Shown piece by piece: positions 47,314 through 60,400 of a DNA stretch of 64,000 bases. The position numbers and the translations under genes are program-made. The stretch's first letter is position 1. The number at the start of each line of letters is the position of its first letter. Location: NCBI GenBank assembly GCA_002269645.1, contig NIVC01000089.1:558001-622000 (forward strand). Reading direction: 5' to 3'. The stretch comes from Macrostomum lignano. Lineage: Eukaryota. The notes beneath the pieces were generated by a model. That model ran no database searches. It had not been told where the DNA came from and saw only the letters and a list, made by a program, of their open reading frames with translations.

Positions 47314-50300
47314 TGAGGCAGCGCTGGATTCTACCGCTGTACTTATGACTAAGTGACTAGCTGATTGACTATTGAAATATTGACTGTACATCCAGTGTAC
47401 CCACCACCCCGATTTCGTACCCCGTGCGCCCCGCCACCCCAATGCGTTAATAATTATATATTGAGCTTCGTTTGTGTTAGCATCGTTTATGATTAATATA
47501 TCGAGACTGAGACATCGTTTATTTACAATACCAAATCATCGTGTTGCTCAGTTGAACTCTTAATTAAACGACGCGACAATGGCGTCGCAAGCAGAAAGGC
47601 TTAGTCATGAACTCAATTTGGACGACGCCGACATGGCCGAAGCATGGATGCAGCGACTCTCAGCCACAGCGCGCATCAAAAAGCTAACAGACTCGGATGA
47701 GGCTCGGGACAAAACTGACCTATTTTTATCTAAGGCCGGCCTTCAGGCAATTCGCACGCTATCCCTAATGGCAGCACCAAAAAAACTGGATGAGATGAAA
47801 TTCGATGACATCAAAAAGCTAGTTGACGAGACGATCCGGCCGAAAAAGTCACTTGTAATTGCCGAACGCACCAGGTTCCTCAGCTTGAAGCAGGAATCGG
47901 GTGAGACCGTCATAGCCTACTACCGGAGGCTGAGGGCTGCTACGTCACACTGCGAGTTTGAAAAGCTGGGCAGCAAGCAGACAAAGGAGGACGACATGAT
48001 TACCATGCGACTAATTGACGGCCTCAACTCCTCAGAGCACAAAAAAAGAATCTTGGAGCGCCTACAAAACGAAGATGGAGAAACGCCACTCGACAGGATT
48101 TTGCAGAATTTGCAGCAGCTTGAGCAGATCCGTGACTACAACACGCCGGCTCCTGCTGACATCGCCTTCGCTGGTCAACAAAGGGGAGTCTCCTCACCTG
48201 CAAAGCCGCAGCCGTCAATCAAATGTGGGTTCTGCGGCGCCAATCACCTGAGGGGCAACTGCCCAGCCTACGGCAAAAAATGCTCCAAGTGCCAAAAAAG
48301 AAATCACTTTGCGGCTGTCTGCAGATCACGAGCTGTCCATCAGGAAATCGCAGTCGATGCAGAAGAAGCAGACGTGTATACTCTTAGCCCCAACAGAGCT
48401 AAAACGGGCCTCTTCAAGACCATCAAAATCAACGGCCAGGGTATCTCAATGCAAGTCAACACCGGAGCTGAGATCAGCCTGATTCCGCAGAACCTCTGGC
48501 GCCAGCTGGGCCGGCCCACCCTACGCAAGTGCAGGAGAATTCTCCGGCAGTTCGACGGCTCCAGCATCGCCTGCCTCGGGGAATTCACTGCGTCACTCGA
48601 GACCAACTCGAAATTCGTCACGATTGACCTGGTTGTCACCGCCGCGGAGAAGAAGCACGGTCTGCTTGGCATGGACAACATAAAGCTCCAAGAAGACGCG
48701 GTCACCATCAACGCGGTCCAACAGCTCGGATGCCTCAAAGGGTTCAAAGCTAAGATTAGACTGGTGGAAGGAGCCAAAGCGTTCTATTGTGCTGCCCGGT
48801 CCGTGCCGCTACACCTCAGAGACTTGGTGGTGCGCGAGCTGCAAAGAATGGAATCCGAGGGTATCATTGAGGCGGTCCCTCCCGGAGGCAGCCAGTGGGC
48901 ATCGCCTATTGTCAACGTGCTCAAGCCAAATGGAAAGGTTCGTGTCTGTGCCGATTTTAAAGCTGGTGTCAATCACCAGATATGCAATGACACCTACCCG
49001 ATCCCGGAAATGGAGACGATTTTTTCTGAGATAGCAGGCATGTCGCACTTTGCTAAACTGGATCTCTCTGATGCTTACCTGCAAATCGAACTCGATGAAG
49101 ATAGCCGAGAGGTGACGACAATCGCGACACCTTTGGGTCTCTTCCGCTACAAAAGGCTGGTTCCCGGGCTGAAATCTGCATCGGCCATTTTCCAGAAAGC
49201 CATGGAAACAATCCTACAGGATGTCAGCAACAAGATTGTCTACCAGGATGACGTCCTCCTGGGAGCGAAGTCCAACGCCGAATTAAGGAGCAAAGTGCAG
49301 CACGTTCTCCAGACGATGCGAACTGCTGGAATGACGATCAACCTAGAAAAGTCCAATCTAAGCGCAACGGAGGTCAGATTCCTCGGCTACAGCATCAGCG
49401 CGAGCGGGATCACCCCGGACCCCAATCTGGTCGGAAAAATTCGCTCAGTGAACTCGCCGAAGGACAGAAAGCAGCTCGAATCGTTTCTAGGACTTTCCAA
49501 CTTCTTCGGGAGGTTTATTAAGAATTACTCTGACGTCATAGAACCGCTCAATCAACTCCGGGGCCGAAACGTTGAGTTCGTCTGGGGCCCAGCCCAGGAA
49601 GCTGCCTTCACGCGAATCAAGGATCTGCTCTGCAGCGAGCCTGTAATCAAGCCGTATGACAAGCACAAAGAGACCACGCTCACTACCGATGCTAGCGAGA
49701 AAGCCATCGGAGCGATCCTCTCGCAGGGCAACCACCCGATCATGTACTTCAGCCGGAAACTGAGCAGTGCAGAAGCAGGGTATTCAAACATCGAGAGAGA
49801 GGCGCTGGCGATCGTTTGGGCTATGGAGCGTGCGAAACAGTTCCTATTAGGGTCGCGCTTCACACTCAGAACGGATCATCGCCCGCTGGAATTCATCTTC
49901 GGGTCGAGGCGCCAGCTGCCGAAGGTTGCCAATGCGAGACTTCTCCGATGGGCAATCAAACTGATGGCCTTTGACTATGACATCGTCTACACTAAAGGCG
50001 AATCGATTCCGCAAGTAGATGCACTTTCGCGGCTGGATTTTGAAGGTGACAGCGACACCGAGCTGACAGAGCGGCCGGAAAGCATCATTCACTGGACTGG
50101 CGAGGCTGTGATCCCGTGGCAGGAGCTGAAATCAGAGACCCAAAGGGACCGACTGCTGCTTGATGTCATGAAACGCGTTGCTGTCAACAGATGGTCAAAC
50201 TGCTCGCCAGCCGAACGACCTTTCAAGGCCATCCGACACGCCCTCACGACCGACGACGGAGTTCTCTGCTACGGTGATCGCCCAGTCATCCCGGCTGTCC

Positions 50301-51734
50301 TCCGACAAGGCGTTCTTGGAATTGTGCACGATACGCATCAGGGATCTGGCTCAACGCGCGCTCGCCTACAGAACTCAGCCTGGTGGCCCGGCTATTGCAG
50401 CGACGTCGAGGCCTACGTTCGAGGTTGCCCGACCTGCTCAAGACTGCGCCCGAGTGGTCTGGAGAGTGTCCACAGGTGGCCCGACGAGGAAAAGCCGTGG
50501 CACAGGGTCCACATGGATCATGCGTGTGTGCCGAGGGTCGGACTCCTGCTCATTCTAGTTGACGCTATGTCCGGCTGGCCCGAGGCTGTACGAGTGCAAA
50601 ACAGGGACGCGGCGACAGTCAAGCGGGTGTTGCAGACAGTCTTTGCTAGGAACGGCGTGCCTCATGTGCTGGTCAGCGACAACGCCGCCGAGTTCCACGA
50701 CGCCAATCTGATCGCCTGGCTGGAAAGAATCGGCTGCCGCGCCATCAAGACTCACCCGCGACACCCTCAGTCTAACGGCTTGGCCGAGCGGATGGTCCAG
50801 TCTATCAAGAGAGCATCTGCGGCGTGGGACCAGTCCGAAAGCTACGAGTCGTTCCTGTCCAGGGTACTCCTAAACTACAGGTGTGTGCCGCATGCTGGGC
50901 GCCAGCAGAGCCCGTCACAGCTCATGGGTCGACAATTACGCAACCCGATAACCATGCGCACACCAATCGGAGCGAGCCTGTGGTACACGCCTGGTGATCA
51001 GCAGCGTCAGGAGCGAGCTGAGTTCGTCGTGCAGAAGGGAACCAACACCGCCCTAATCGCTCGTCAAGGCGGTCGCATCGCCCTGGCGCATGCGGATCAG
51101 CTGAGACGCGTTGTAGAAGACCAGGTCCAGCCAAACCGATTCGGCCGGAGCCTACCTATCGAGCTTGGTCAGGATCCGCCCTGCGGCCTCGGTCAGGACC
51201 CGCCTGGCGAACTCGGTCAGGACCCACCTGGCGAACTCGGTCAGGACCCGCCTGGCGAACTCGGTCAGGACCCGCCTGGCGAACTCGGTCAGGACCCGCC
51301 TGGCGAACTCGGTCAGGACCCGCCTGGCGAACTCGGTCAGGACCCGCCTGGCGAACTCAGTCGGGACCCGCCCACCGAATCCGAACAAGGCCCAAGTCAA
51401 ACAGCAGTACGTCGCTACCCAGCTCGGTCAACTCGAGGCGTACCCCCTATCCGTTTCGAAGGGGGGAGATGAGGCAGCGCTGGATTCTACCGCTGTACTT
51501 ATGACTAAGTGACTAGCTGATTGACTATTGAAATATTGACTGTACATCCAGTGTACCCACCACCCCGATTTCGTACCCCGTGCGCCCCGCCACCCCAATG
51601 CGTTAATAATTATATATTGAGCTTCGTTTGTGTTAGCATCGTTTATGATTAATATATCGAGACTGAGACATCGTTTATTTACAATACCAAATCATCGTGC
51701 TGCTCAGTTGAACTCTTAATTAAACGACGCGACA
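47314..51734 (+). mobile_element. Full-length young Ty3/Gypsy LTR retrotransposon
   Basis: 265-bp TG...CA LTRs at 47314-47578 and 51470-51734, with one mismatch seen by eye. TSD TTACC at 47309-13 and 51735-39, a PBS-like TGGCGTCGCAAGCAG from 47580, and PPT GAAGGGGGGAGA at 51458-69. Confidence 0.96.
47579..51472 (+). CDS. Gag-Pol polyprotein (Zn knuckles, protease, RT, RNase H, integrase)
   Basis: 1297-aa uninterrupted ORF: CGFC/CSKC knuckles, VNTGA, YQDD, TTDASEKAIG, HHCC zinc domain, then HMDH, SDNAAEF and GLAERMV. The domain order is Gypsy-type. Confidence 0.95.
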   Translation: MASQAERLSHELNLDDADMAEAWMQRLSATARIKKLTDSDEARDKTDLFLSKAGLQAIRTLSLMAAPKKLDEMKFDDIKKLVDETIRPKKSLVIAERTRFLSLKQESGETVIAYYRRLRAATSHCEFEKLGSKQTKEDDMITMRLIDGLNSSEHKKRILERLQNEDGETPLDRILQNLQQLEQIRDYNTPAPADIAFAGQQRGVSSPAKPQPSIKCGFCGANHLRGNCPAYGKKCSKCQKRNHFAAVCRSRAVHQEIAVDAEEADVYTLSPNRAKTGLFKTIKINGQGISMQVNTGAEISLIPQNLWRQLGRPTLRKCRRILRQFDGSSIACLGEFTASLETNSKFVTIDLVVTAAEKKHGLLGMDNIKLQEDAVTINAVQQLGCLKGFKAKIRLVEGAKAFYCAARSVPLHLRDLVVRELQRMESEGIIEAVPPGGSQWASPIVNVLKPNGKVRVCADFKAGVNHQICNDTYPIPEMETIFSEIAGMSHFAKLDLSDAYLQIELDEDSREVTTIATPLGLFRYKRLVPGLKSASAIFQKAMETILQDVSNKIVYQDDVLLGAKSNAELRSKVQHVLQTMRTAGMTINLEKSNLSATEVRFLGYSISASGITPDPNLVGKIRSVNSPKDRKQLESFLGLSNFFGRFIKNYSDVIEPLNQLRGRNVEFVWGPAQEAAFTRIKDLLCSEPVIKPYDKHKETTLTTDASEKAIGAILSQGNHPIMYFSRKLSSAEAGYSNIEREALAIVWAMERAKQFLLGSRFTLRTDHRPLEFIFGSRRQLPKVANARLLRWAIKLMAFDYDIVYTKGESIPQVDALSRLDFEGDSDTELTERPESIIHWTGEAVIPWQELKSETQRDRLLLDVMKRVAVNRWSNCSPAERPFKAIRHALTTDDGVLCYGDRPVIPAVLRQGVLGIVHDTHQGSGSTRARLQNSAWWPGYCSDVEAYVRGCPTCSRLRPSGLESVHRWPDEEKPWHRVHMDHACVPRVGLLLILVDAMSGWPEAVRVQNRDAATVKRVLQTVFARNGVPHVLVSDNAAEFHDANLIAWLERIGCRAIKTHPRHPQSNGLAERMVQSIKRASAAWDQSESYESFLSRVLLNYRCVPHAGRQQSPSQLMGRQLRNPITMRTPIGASLWYTPGDQQRQERAEFVVQKGTNTALIARQGGRIALAHADQLRRVVEDQVQPNRFGRSLPIELGQDPPCGLGQDPPGELGQDPPGELGQDPPGELGQDPPGELGQDPPGELGQDPPGELGQDPPGELSRDPPTESEQGPSQTAVRRYPARSTRGVPPIRFEGGR

Positions 51735-52120
51735 TTACCTTTCTTAGAAAGCGACGGAAATTATTAATTAAATTTCTTCTTGATTTTTCTCGTTTTTAGC
51801 TGCATGTGAGCTTACATTTTCGAAGTTCCCTTTCGAATTTGAGTAGTTCTGACGGTTGTTCTACTAGATAGCTGAAGTAGATGATAAAAATGGCGGCCGG
51901 TCCACAGGAATTCCAATTAAATTCCACGTGCTGGCCACGGTTTAGCCGTGGGGAGTCTTCGTGGCCGTAGCTAAAAGGTACTAAATTTTAATTTGTACCG
52001 CATTTTTACGGATATAACAAAGTACGGCCAGTTCGCGAGCTCATGTGATAAGGGGGTTCATGACACCTAAACTGTACAACAATAGAGGTTTTAACAGTTA
52101 ACATTTTTTTAGAGGCAGGG

Positions 52121-52465
52121 GGGTTGTGTGCACCCCGGCGCACTTTAAGCGACAAAGGCACACAACCGGCGAGAGGCCTTACTGCCCATTCCGCCGACTC
52201 CCCTGAGCAGGCATACAAGCGCGCGGATACGTTACGCAGGCACACACTCACACAGGAGTGTACAGCGGCCCTAACTTTATTTTTATCGTTAGGCATGTAC
52301 ACTTCACTGTGCCTTGGGGGTTGGCTCTCAAGGCCGTTAATTGCACAAGCAGAGCCAAGCCAAGATTCCAATCCAGCCCCAAATTAATGTGACTGCACTT
52401 GGAATCGAGCCTGGGTCGCGGCACACCAGAGCAGCTGCGCTACCGCTGGGCTACGGCCCCCGCAA
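52121..52465 (-). mobile_element. tRNA-derived SINE-like repeat (copy 3, with head)
   Basis: Homologous to copies 1 and 2; the minus-strand head reads GGGGCCGTAGCCCAGCGGTAGCGC...CCAGGCTCGATTCC. Confidence 0.68.
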
Positions 52466-52859
52466 CACTTAACATTTCTACCGAGACAAAGACACTTAAC
52501 ACTGAAGTACTTTTATTTACAATGGCCAACACTGGCAAATTTATAGGTCTTGTGAAAGCGCATCCCCCCCGCCCCAGTTGAGAGCACTGGAGGAAAGGAG
52601 GAAATATGCTAGACAGGCCGCTCCGGGGAAGACAAAAACAGCTCTTAGTCTGGGAAAACTCCTGATATTGCAGTGCATAGCCAGATAAGAACCCGATTCC
52701 CATTCCGTGTGAGCTTTGCCACAACAGTAAACAGAGCAGTATGAAAATAAAATAGTTTGATTTGTCTTTGTTGAGTTGGGTCAATGAATCTGTGGTTTTT
52801 GGATCTGAAGTTCAACAATGGATTTTCTTTTGATTGAGGTCTCCATAAGCAAGAGAAGA

Positions 52860-53680
52860 TCGATGAGATTGATACATAGGAAGGTAGAGATGGGTGAGAT
52901 TGATAGAGAGGAAGGTAGAGATGGGTGAGATTGATAGAGAGGAAGGTAGAGATGGGTGAGATTGATAGAGAGGAAGGTAGAGATGGGTGAGATTGATAGA
53001 GAGGAAGGTAGAGATGGGTGAGATTGATAGAGAGGAAGGTAGAGATGGGTGAGAATGATAGAGAGGAAGGTAGAGATGGGTGAGATTGATAGAGAGGAAG
53101 GTAGAGATGGGTGAGAATGATAGAGAGGAAGGTAGAGATGGGTGAGATTGATAGAGAGGAAGGTAGAGATGGGTGAGAATGATAGAGAGGAAGGTAGAGA
53201 TGGGTGAGATTGATAGAGAGGAAGGTAAGTTTGGGGTGAGATTGATAGAAAGGAAGCGAGAGATGTGGTGAGATTGGTATAGAGAGATGGAGAGATGAGG
53301 TGAAATTGATATAGAGGAAGAAAGAGATGAGGTGAGACTGATAGAAAAGAAGGGAGAGATGTGGTGAGATTGATAGAGAGACAGAGGAAGGGAGAGATGA
53401 GGTCTGACTGACAGACACGAAGGGAGAGATGGGGTGAGATTGATAGAGAGGAAGGTATAGAGATGGGGTGAGATTGATAGAGAGGAATGAAGAGATGGGG
53501 TGAGATTGATACAGAAGAAGGCAGAGATGAGGTGAGACTGATAGACACGAAGGGAGAGATGGGGTGAGATTGATACGAGTAGAGAGAAAGGGGGAGATGG
53601 GTGAGATTTATAGAGAGAAAGCGAGAGATGGGTGAGATTGATAGAGAGAAAGGTAAAATGGAGTGAGATTGATAGACAGG
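52860..53680. repeat. 31-bp purine-rich minisatellite (GAGATGGGTGAGATTGATAGAGAGGAAGGTA)n
   Basis: Period 31 (52890 and 52921), degenerating to the right. Confidence 0.92.
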
Positions 53681-54356
53681 AAGTTCGAGACGAGTGAGAT
53701 CTCAGAATTCGACATTCAACAGCCCGGATTTTCGCACAGAAAGTGCAACGGAGCAGCTCATAGCTCAGAGTCACGGAATTACCATATTTGTTAGAGCGGC
53801 TGAGCCAACCAAATATGGACTGAAATGACCAGCAGTGAGCACTGAGTGAGCAGTGTATAGAATTGTGTAAAGGTAGGAAAGCTTTTTTCTCGAATGTACT
53901 CTCAAAAGACTGGAGAGAAAAATTAACTGTGTACATTTGTAACCCAGCCAGCTGGGTCATTTCTCTATCGCTTTTTTATCGACAGCTTTTGCCGCCCCCC
54001 CCCCCGAAAACCCGCAAGCCTTTGACTCAGTGTGCGCTTCTGAGCAGGTTTGAGAACGAAACTAGCTAACTGTACAGCTCTGAGAGCTCTTCATGTCAGT
54101 CGGTCTCTCACACACCCAGTGACAAGGCACAAACATTATGAGGCCCCAACCACCTACGCACTCACTAAGATTCTATCAGATTCGAGTAGAGAGAGAAGAA
54201 AAGAAGCGAGAGAGAGAGGGGCAGGGAGTGAGTGAAGGCAGCAACAAGCAAAACCGTGTGCAGATCTTCTCGACAAGCGGAGACCAGCTGGCCACCACAG
54301 CAGCAGGCAATTCCGTATTCTTAACAGCAGTGCAGCAAAGCCATGACTGCCGCGAG

Positions 54357-54435
54357 ATGACTCGGGCGTCAGGTCAGGCCTCCTACTATCCTGAGGGCGC
54401 CGGCAGAGGCGGTGCTGTCCATCTGGATGTCCCGA

Positions 54436-54487
<52 letters not shown>

Positions 54488-57400
54488 GCTGAAGCAGAAC
54501 CGAGGCCAGTCCTGCTGCTGCATTTTCCAGCTGGCCAAGCGGCTTGGCGCCGACGGATGGCGCGCTGTTTTCGGCAACTCCTCGACGTCCGGCTCGACGT
54601 TGCCGCCGGCGGATGGCAGCTCGGCTGGTGGCAACGCTACAATGGGCGGCCCCGGAGGGATTCCGCTATCGCCAATGCAGCAGCAGCAGCTGGAGGCGCC
54701 ACCCCCGCCGCTGGGGCCCTGCGGCCTGGTGGGGCTGGAGAACCAGGGCGCCACCTGCTACCTGAACTCGCTAGTGCAGGTGGGTCCGAGTGGGGTTCTT
54801 GTTTCGTATATATTTATTAGTCCTTTAAATGTGGGGAGTGGGGGTGACTTTTTGGGTGCCATAGTTATAGGAAGGGGCGCCAAGAACAAGGTCATAAAAA
54901 TGGGGGAAGCCGAGATCAAGCTCATAAAAATGGGGGAGCCAAGATCAAGCTCATAAAAATGGGGGAGCCAAGATCAAGCTCATAAAAATGGGGGAGCCAA
55001 GATCAAGCTCATAAAAATGAGGGGGGCCAAGAGCAAGCTCATAAAAATGAGGGGGGCCAAGAGCAAGCTCATAAAAATGAGGGGGGCCAAGAGCAAGCTC
55101 ATAAAAATGAGGGGGGCCAAGAGCAAGCTCATAAAAATGGGATGCGCCAAGATCAAGCTCATAAAAATGGGATGCGCCAAGATAAAGCTCATAAAAATGG
55201 GGGGAAGCCAAGATCAAGCTCATAAAAATGAGGGGGGCCAAGAGCAAGCTCATAAAAATGAGGGGGGCCAAGAGCAAGCTCATAAAAATGAGGGGGGCCA
55301 AGAGCAAGCTCATAAAAATAGGATGCGCCAAGATCAAGCTCATAAAAATGGGGGAAGCCAAGATCAAGCTCATAAAAATGGGGGAGCCAAGATCAAGGTT
55401 ATAAAAATGAGGGGGCGCCAAGATCAAGGTCATACAGTAAATATATAAGCGCCAGTATCGGGTCAAAAAAGAATGACAAAGAAGGGTAACTATGGCCCAG
55501 CCTCATTAACAAAGCATTCAACAACTCAACTCGAAAACTTTCCTTAGGTGATGGCCGCGTCGCCGGAGCTTCGCCAAGCAATCTTTGCCATCTCGCCGGA
55601 ACAGCTCGGCCTCGACGAGCTCGGCTTTCCACTGGCCGGCGGGGATCAGGGGCTGCGGCGCATCCCTTACGAGTTGCAGCGGCTGCTGGCCAGGGTAAGG
55701 TTGCTAGGAACTCAGTGGCTTGCTAGGAACTCAGTGGCTTTCTAGGAACTCAGTGGCTTTCTAGGAACTCAGTGGCTTTCTAGGAACTCAGTGGCTTTCT
55801 AGGAATTTAGTGACTTTCTAAGAATTTAGTGGCTTTCTAGGAATTTAGTGGCTTTCTAGGAATTCAGTAGCTTTCTAGGAATTCAGTGGCTTTTCTCCAT
55901 TAATCTTGGGTTCATATACATAAAAACGATCCAAGAAAGGTCAGTAGGCTCGTTCACACCATGAAAAATGACATTGACTGTAGCTTTAATTCGTTTTCAT
56001 ATGGATTTTACAGGAATTACTACGCAAGTTTAATACACAACATATCGTCAATTGATCTGAAAATCCCAATGCCAGGTGCTGCTATCGGAAAGCGCCTACG
56101 TCAGCACCCAGGAGTTGACCGGCAGCTTCGGTTGGAACGGTCGTGACCTTGGCGATCAGCACGACGTGCAGGAGCTCAGCCGGCTGCTCATGAATGCGCT
56201 GGAGGAGTCCCTGGTGGACACCGAGGCTTACAAGGTTTTTTGTTTTCTAGATTTCTTTCAGTCAAACTTTTACAATTTAATGCATTTTTCAACGCGATTT
56301 CGAACCCGCGTCCTCCTGAACAAGAGAACGATGCGATACCGCTACGCCATGACCATTCTCTCAATCTAAACCTTGAGATTTTGCACTTATAGCCAGTATT
56401 TTACTCAGATTTCCACACTAAACTCAAACAGGCCATCAAGGCGGCGATGGCCGGCGCTTTCGTGACCATGATCGAGTGCCAGACTTGCGGCGCGGTGTCC
56501 AACCGATCCGAGGAGTTCCTGGACCTCTGCCTGGCAACAGTGGGCCTCGCCTCGCTGGAGGACAGCTTGCGGGCCACCTTTGGCGGCTCGGAGAGACTTG
56601 AAGGCTCAAATCAGTATCGATGCGACAGCTGCGGCAAGATGGTCGACGCTAAGAAGGTTTCTGAATTGGCGGTTCTGCTTTTGACTCTAAATCTATAAGC
56701 TATCCAAAAGCATCTTATAAGATAGATAAATTTAAATTGCAGGGGTTACATTTAGTAGCAGGGGCATTGGGCGCTGCCGTAAATCATTGCGACAGTCGAC
56801 CCGCACCCAGCGAGGAGTCAACTTTCCACCACTTTCTGCGCTTTCTAGTGACTCAAGTAGACTAAACAGAGTTGTGAGAAATGCAAAATGCGATTCTAGT
56901 TCATAAAGTGATGCGATTCAGTGATTCTACAGCAACCTCCAGCAGGCTTCAGATGCGACTCTACGATCCCATCGTAACATCCCATCGTTTTAGACTCGTC
57001 TAGAGTGACTTCTTTAGTTTTTTTACGCATGTTGCCTCTCTGGAGCGAAGCAAGTGACTCTGGGAAGCTTCTTGGCCAAGACACCCCTTTCATCAGGGCA
57101 CTCACACAGTCTTGAGGGTTAGCCCGAGTGGGACAATTTCGCTTACGAGCCCAAAATTAAAGTGGCAGCGTTAAGAATCGAACCCCGTGTGTTTGGCGGG
57201 GAGTCAGACGCTTCAAATCAGACCCTTAAGAAGTGGTCCAAGCGCGTTTGACTGCTTCAAATTGACTGACGAGCCTAATCCTGACACTGAATTATCCCTA
57301 ACCAAATAATACAACAAACCTAGTCTCCCCCAAGAAGGCCTTGAATCCGGCATCCCTTGGTTTTACACTCATCTTTTTAAAGAACCATGTGTACTTGTTA

Positions 57401-60400
57401 CGATATTTTCTAGTTTCTGTCCTTGAGGCCGCTCCTTTCAACAGCTGTTTCCTCTCAAGATACCTTTCCATCCAACCAAACTCATGGTGCACTAAATTCA
57501 AACGCCTTGCAGTTCAGCCGCCTGGAAACTCTGCCGCCAATCCTCACCCTGTCGCTGATGCGCTTCAACTACGATTTGAACCGGATGCAGCGGGTGAAGA
57601 ACCAGGCAAAGTTCACCTTCCCCGAGCAGCTGGACCTGCGGCCCTACGTGACCTCCGAGACGGCGGCGGCAGCTGCAGCGGCGGCGAACGCAACGGAGGG
57701 CAAACGGCACCGTGGCGGCGGCGGCGAGCTGCAGTACGAGCTGTACGCTGTCATCTCCCACTGCGGCTCGGCGATGGGCGGCCACTACAGGGCTTTCGTG
57801 CTCGACTTGGAGAGGCGCGGCATTGGGCAGCTTCAGCAGCAGCAGCAGATCCCGCTGCTCCAGCGCAGCCTGGTGGCTTCCTCTCCGGACAGCGATGCCG
57901 GAGTAGACAGCACCACTGCACCTGCAGTGCACCGGGTTGGATCCAACGGGTTCGTGAATGAAGGGCGTCTGTGGGGGAAGGGCGATTCCAGGGGTTAGAA
58001 GGCGATATTAGTAGCCGATAGTAGCACTGATAGTAGTACCGATGCTACTACTGATAGTAGTACCGATGTTACTACTGATAGTAGTACCGATGTTACTACT
58101 GATAGTAGTACCGATGTTACTACTGATAGTAGTAACTGATAGTAGTTTCGATAGTAGTACGAATTCGTAGTAATAATTAGCACACGTGCATGTACTACTA
58201 TAGAAACCCCACTCTGGTTACGGAAAAATTCCAGCAATCTGCTTGGAGGCCAAGGCTCAGCCTCCGGCACGATGCCCAAGCAGCAGCACAGTCGCTCTGC
58301 CAGCAGCGGCAGCGGCGTCAGTCGCAACGGCAAACAGCAGCAGCAGCAGCGCCAGTGGTTCGCTTTCAGCGACACTCATGTGCGCCAGGTGCAGGAGAGT
58401 GTTCTCAAAGAGCAGTTCGCCGGGCACGAGTGCGCCTACATGCTGTTCTACCGGCGAACGTCGTCGGCGGCAGCGGCTGCAGCGGCCGCCGCGACAGCCT
58501 CGACCAACTCCACGGCGGGAAGCTCGGCGAGCTCGGAGATCCCCGGCTGGCTGATCAAGTCGGTGCTGGCCGAGAACGAGAGCATCAGGCAGCGCCGGGA
58601 AGAGTACGAGGCCGCTGCCAACACCGCCAGCTTCGACGTCTTCGGGGAGGCGGCTTTTCGTCTGGACGAGGATTTGCTGATCTGGGAACGGCTGCTGCAG
58701 GCTGAGCAGCCGCCGGAGCCCCGGGAGCAGCCAGTGGAGATGCCGCCGTCCGGTAACGTCAGCATCGACTGCCGATTGCCCGTGGCCGAGCTGCTGCGGC
58801 AGGTTGAGGGCGTCATGGTGAGGCTCCTGACCGCGCCCATGAATTCGACCCCTGGATCCGCCCCCTGGATCCGCCCCCTGGATCCGCCCCTGGATCCGCC
58901 CCCTGGATCCGCCCCCTGGATCCGCCCCTGGATCCACCCCTGGATCCGCCCCCTGGATCCACACCCTGGATCCACCCCTGGATCCGCCCCTGGATCCACC
59001 CCTGGATCCGCACCCTGGATCCACACCCTGGTTTCGCCCCCTGGATCCGACTCAGGGATGAGCCCACTGAATCCGCTCATTGGATCCCCCCTGGGTTCGC
59101 TCCTAGATCCACTCCTAGATCCGCTCCTATATCCGCTCCTAGATCCGCTCCTAGATCCGCTCCTAGATCCGCTCCTAGATCCACTCCTAGATCCACTCCT
59201 AGATCCACTCCTAGATCCGCTCCTAGATCCACTCCTAGATCCGCTCCTAGATCCACTCCTAGATCCGCTCCTAGATCCGCTCCTAGATCCGCTCCTAGAT
59301 CCGCTCCTAGATCCGCTCCTAGATCCGCTCCTAGATCCGCTCCTAGATCCGCTCCTAGATCCGCTCCTAGATCCGCTCCTAGATCCGCTCCTAGATCCGC
59401 TCCTAGATCCGCTCCTAGATCCGCTCCTAGATCCGCTCCTAGATCCGCTCCTAGATCCACTCCTAGATCCGCTCCTAGATCCGCTCCTAGATCCGCTCCT
59501 AGATCCGACCACAGCACGTGCATCAAATATGCCATCCACAACCCGCCAGAGGCCCCACATGGACACAGTGGCCACCGTCCTCCTTCTGGAGTACACCAAC
59601 TGCGGTTACTACTGCCTGGCCAAGCTGTCTGAGCTGTCAAACAGCTCAGTGCCAATCAGATCTGCTTATCAGCTGGGATCGCCTCATAATCCTGTTGTAC
59701 TACTGTGTCTCAGTAGTCCGGTGAGTCTTCTTCTACTCGTAACTTTTTTTTTAGGCACTTGAATCAACATTCTTATCCGTTAAAATATTTACCAGCCGAA
59801 CTCTAACTGGTCGCGCTTGAATCTCACTCTTAACCTACTTTACTTTGATGTTAGCCAATGTAACCTTGATCTCAATCAATATTTACTTGATCTTTATGTA
59901 TCTTACCTTGATCTTGATCCATCTCACCTTACCTTAATCAGTCTCACCTCGATATTAATCAATCTCACCTTGATCTTAATCAGTCTCACCCTTGATCTTA
60001 ATCAGTCTCACCCTTGATCTTAATCAGTCTCACCTTGATATTTATCAATCTCACCTTGATCTTAATCAGTCTCACCCTTGATCTTAATCAGTCTCACCCT
60101 GATCTTAATCAGTCTCGCCTTGATCTTAATCAGTCTCACCCTTGATCTTAATCAGTCTCACCCTGATCTTAATCAGTCTCGCCTTGATCTTAATCAGTCT
60201 CACCCTTGATCTTAATCAGTCTCACCTTGATCTTAATCAGTCTCACCTTGATCTTAATCAGTCTCGCCTTGATCTTAATCAGTCTCACCCTTGATCTTAA
60301 TTAGTTCTCACCCTTGATCTTAATCAGTCTCACATTGATCTTAATTAGTTCTCACCTTGATATTAATCAATCTCACCTTGATCTTAATCAGTCTCACCTT

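Noticed and set aside
58850-59549. LLDP/GSRS repeat portion of the 496-aa and 383-aa ORFs
   Set aside because: It lies between the donor at 58818 and the acceptor at 59549, so it is an intronic minisatellite.
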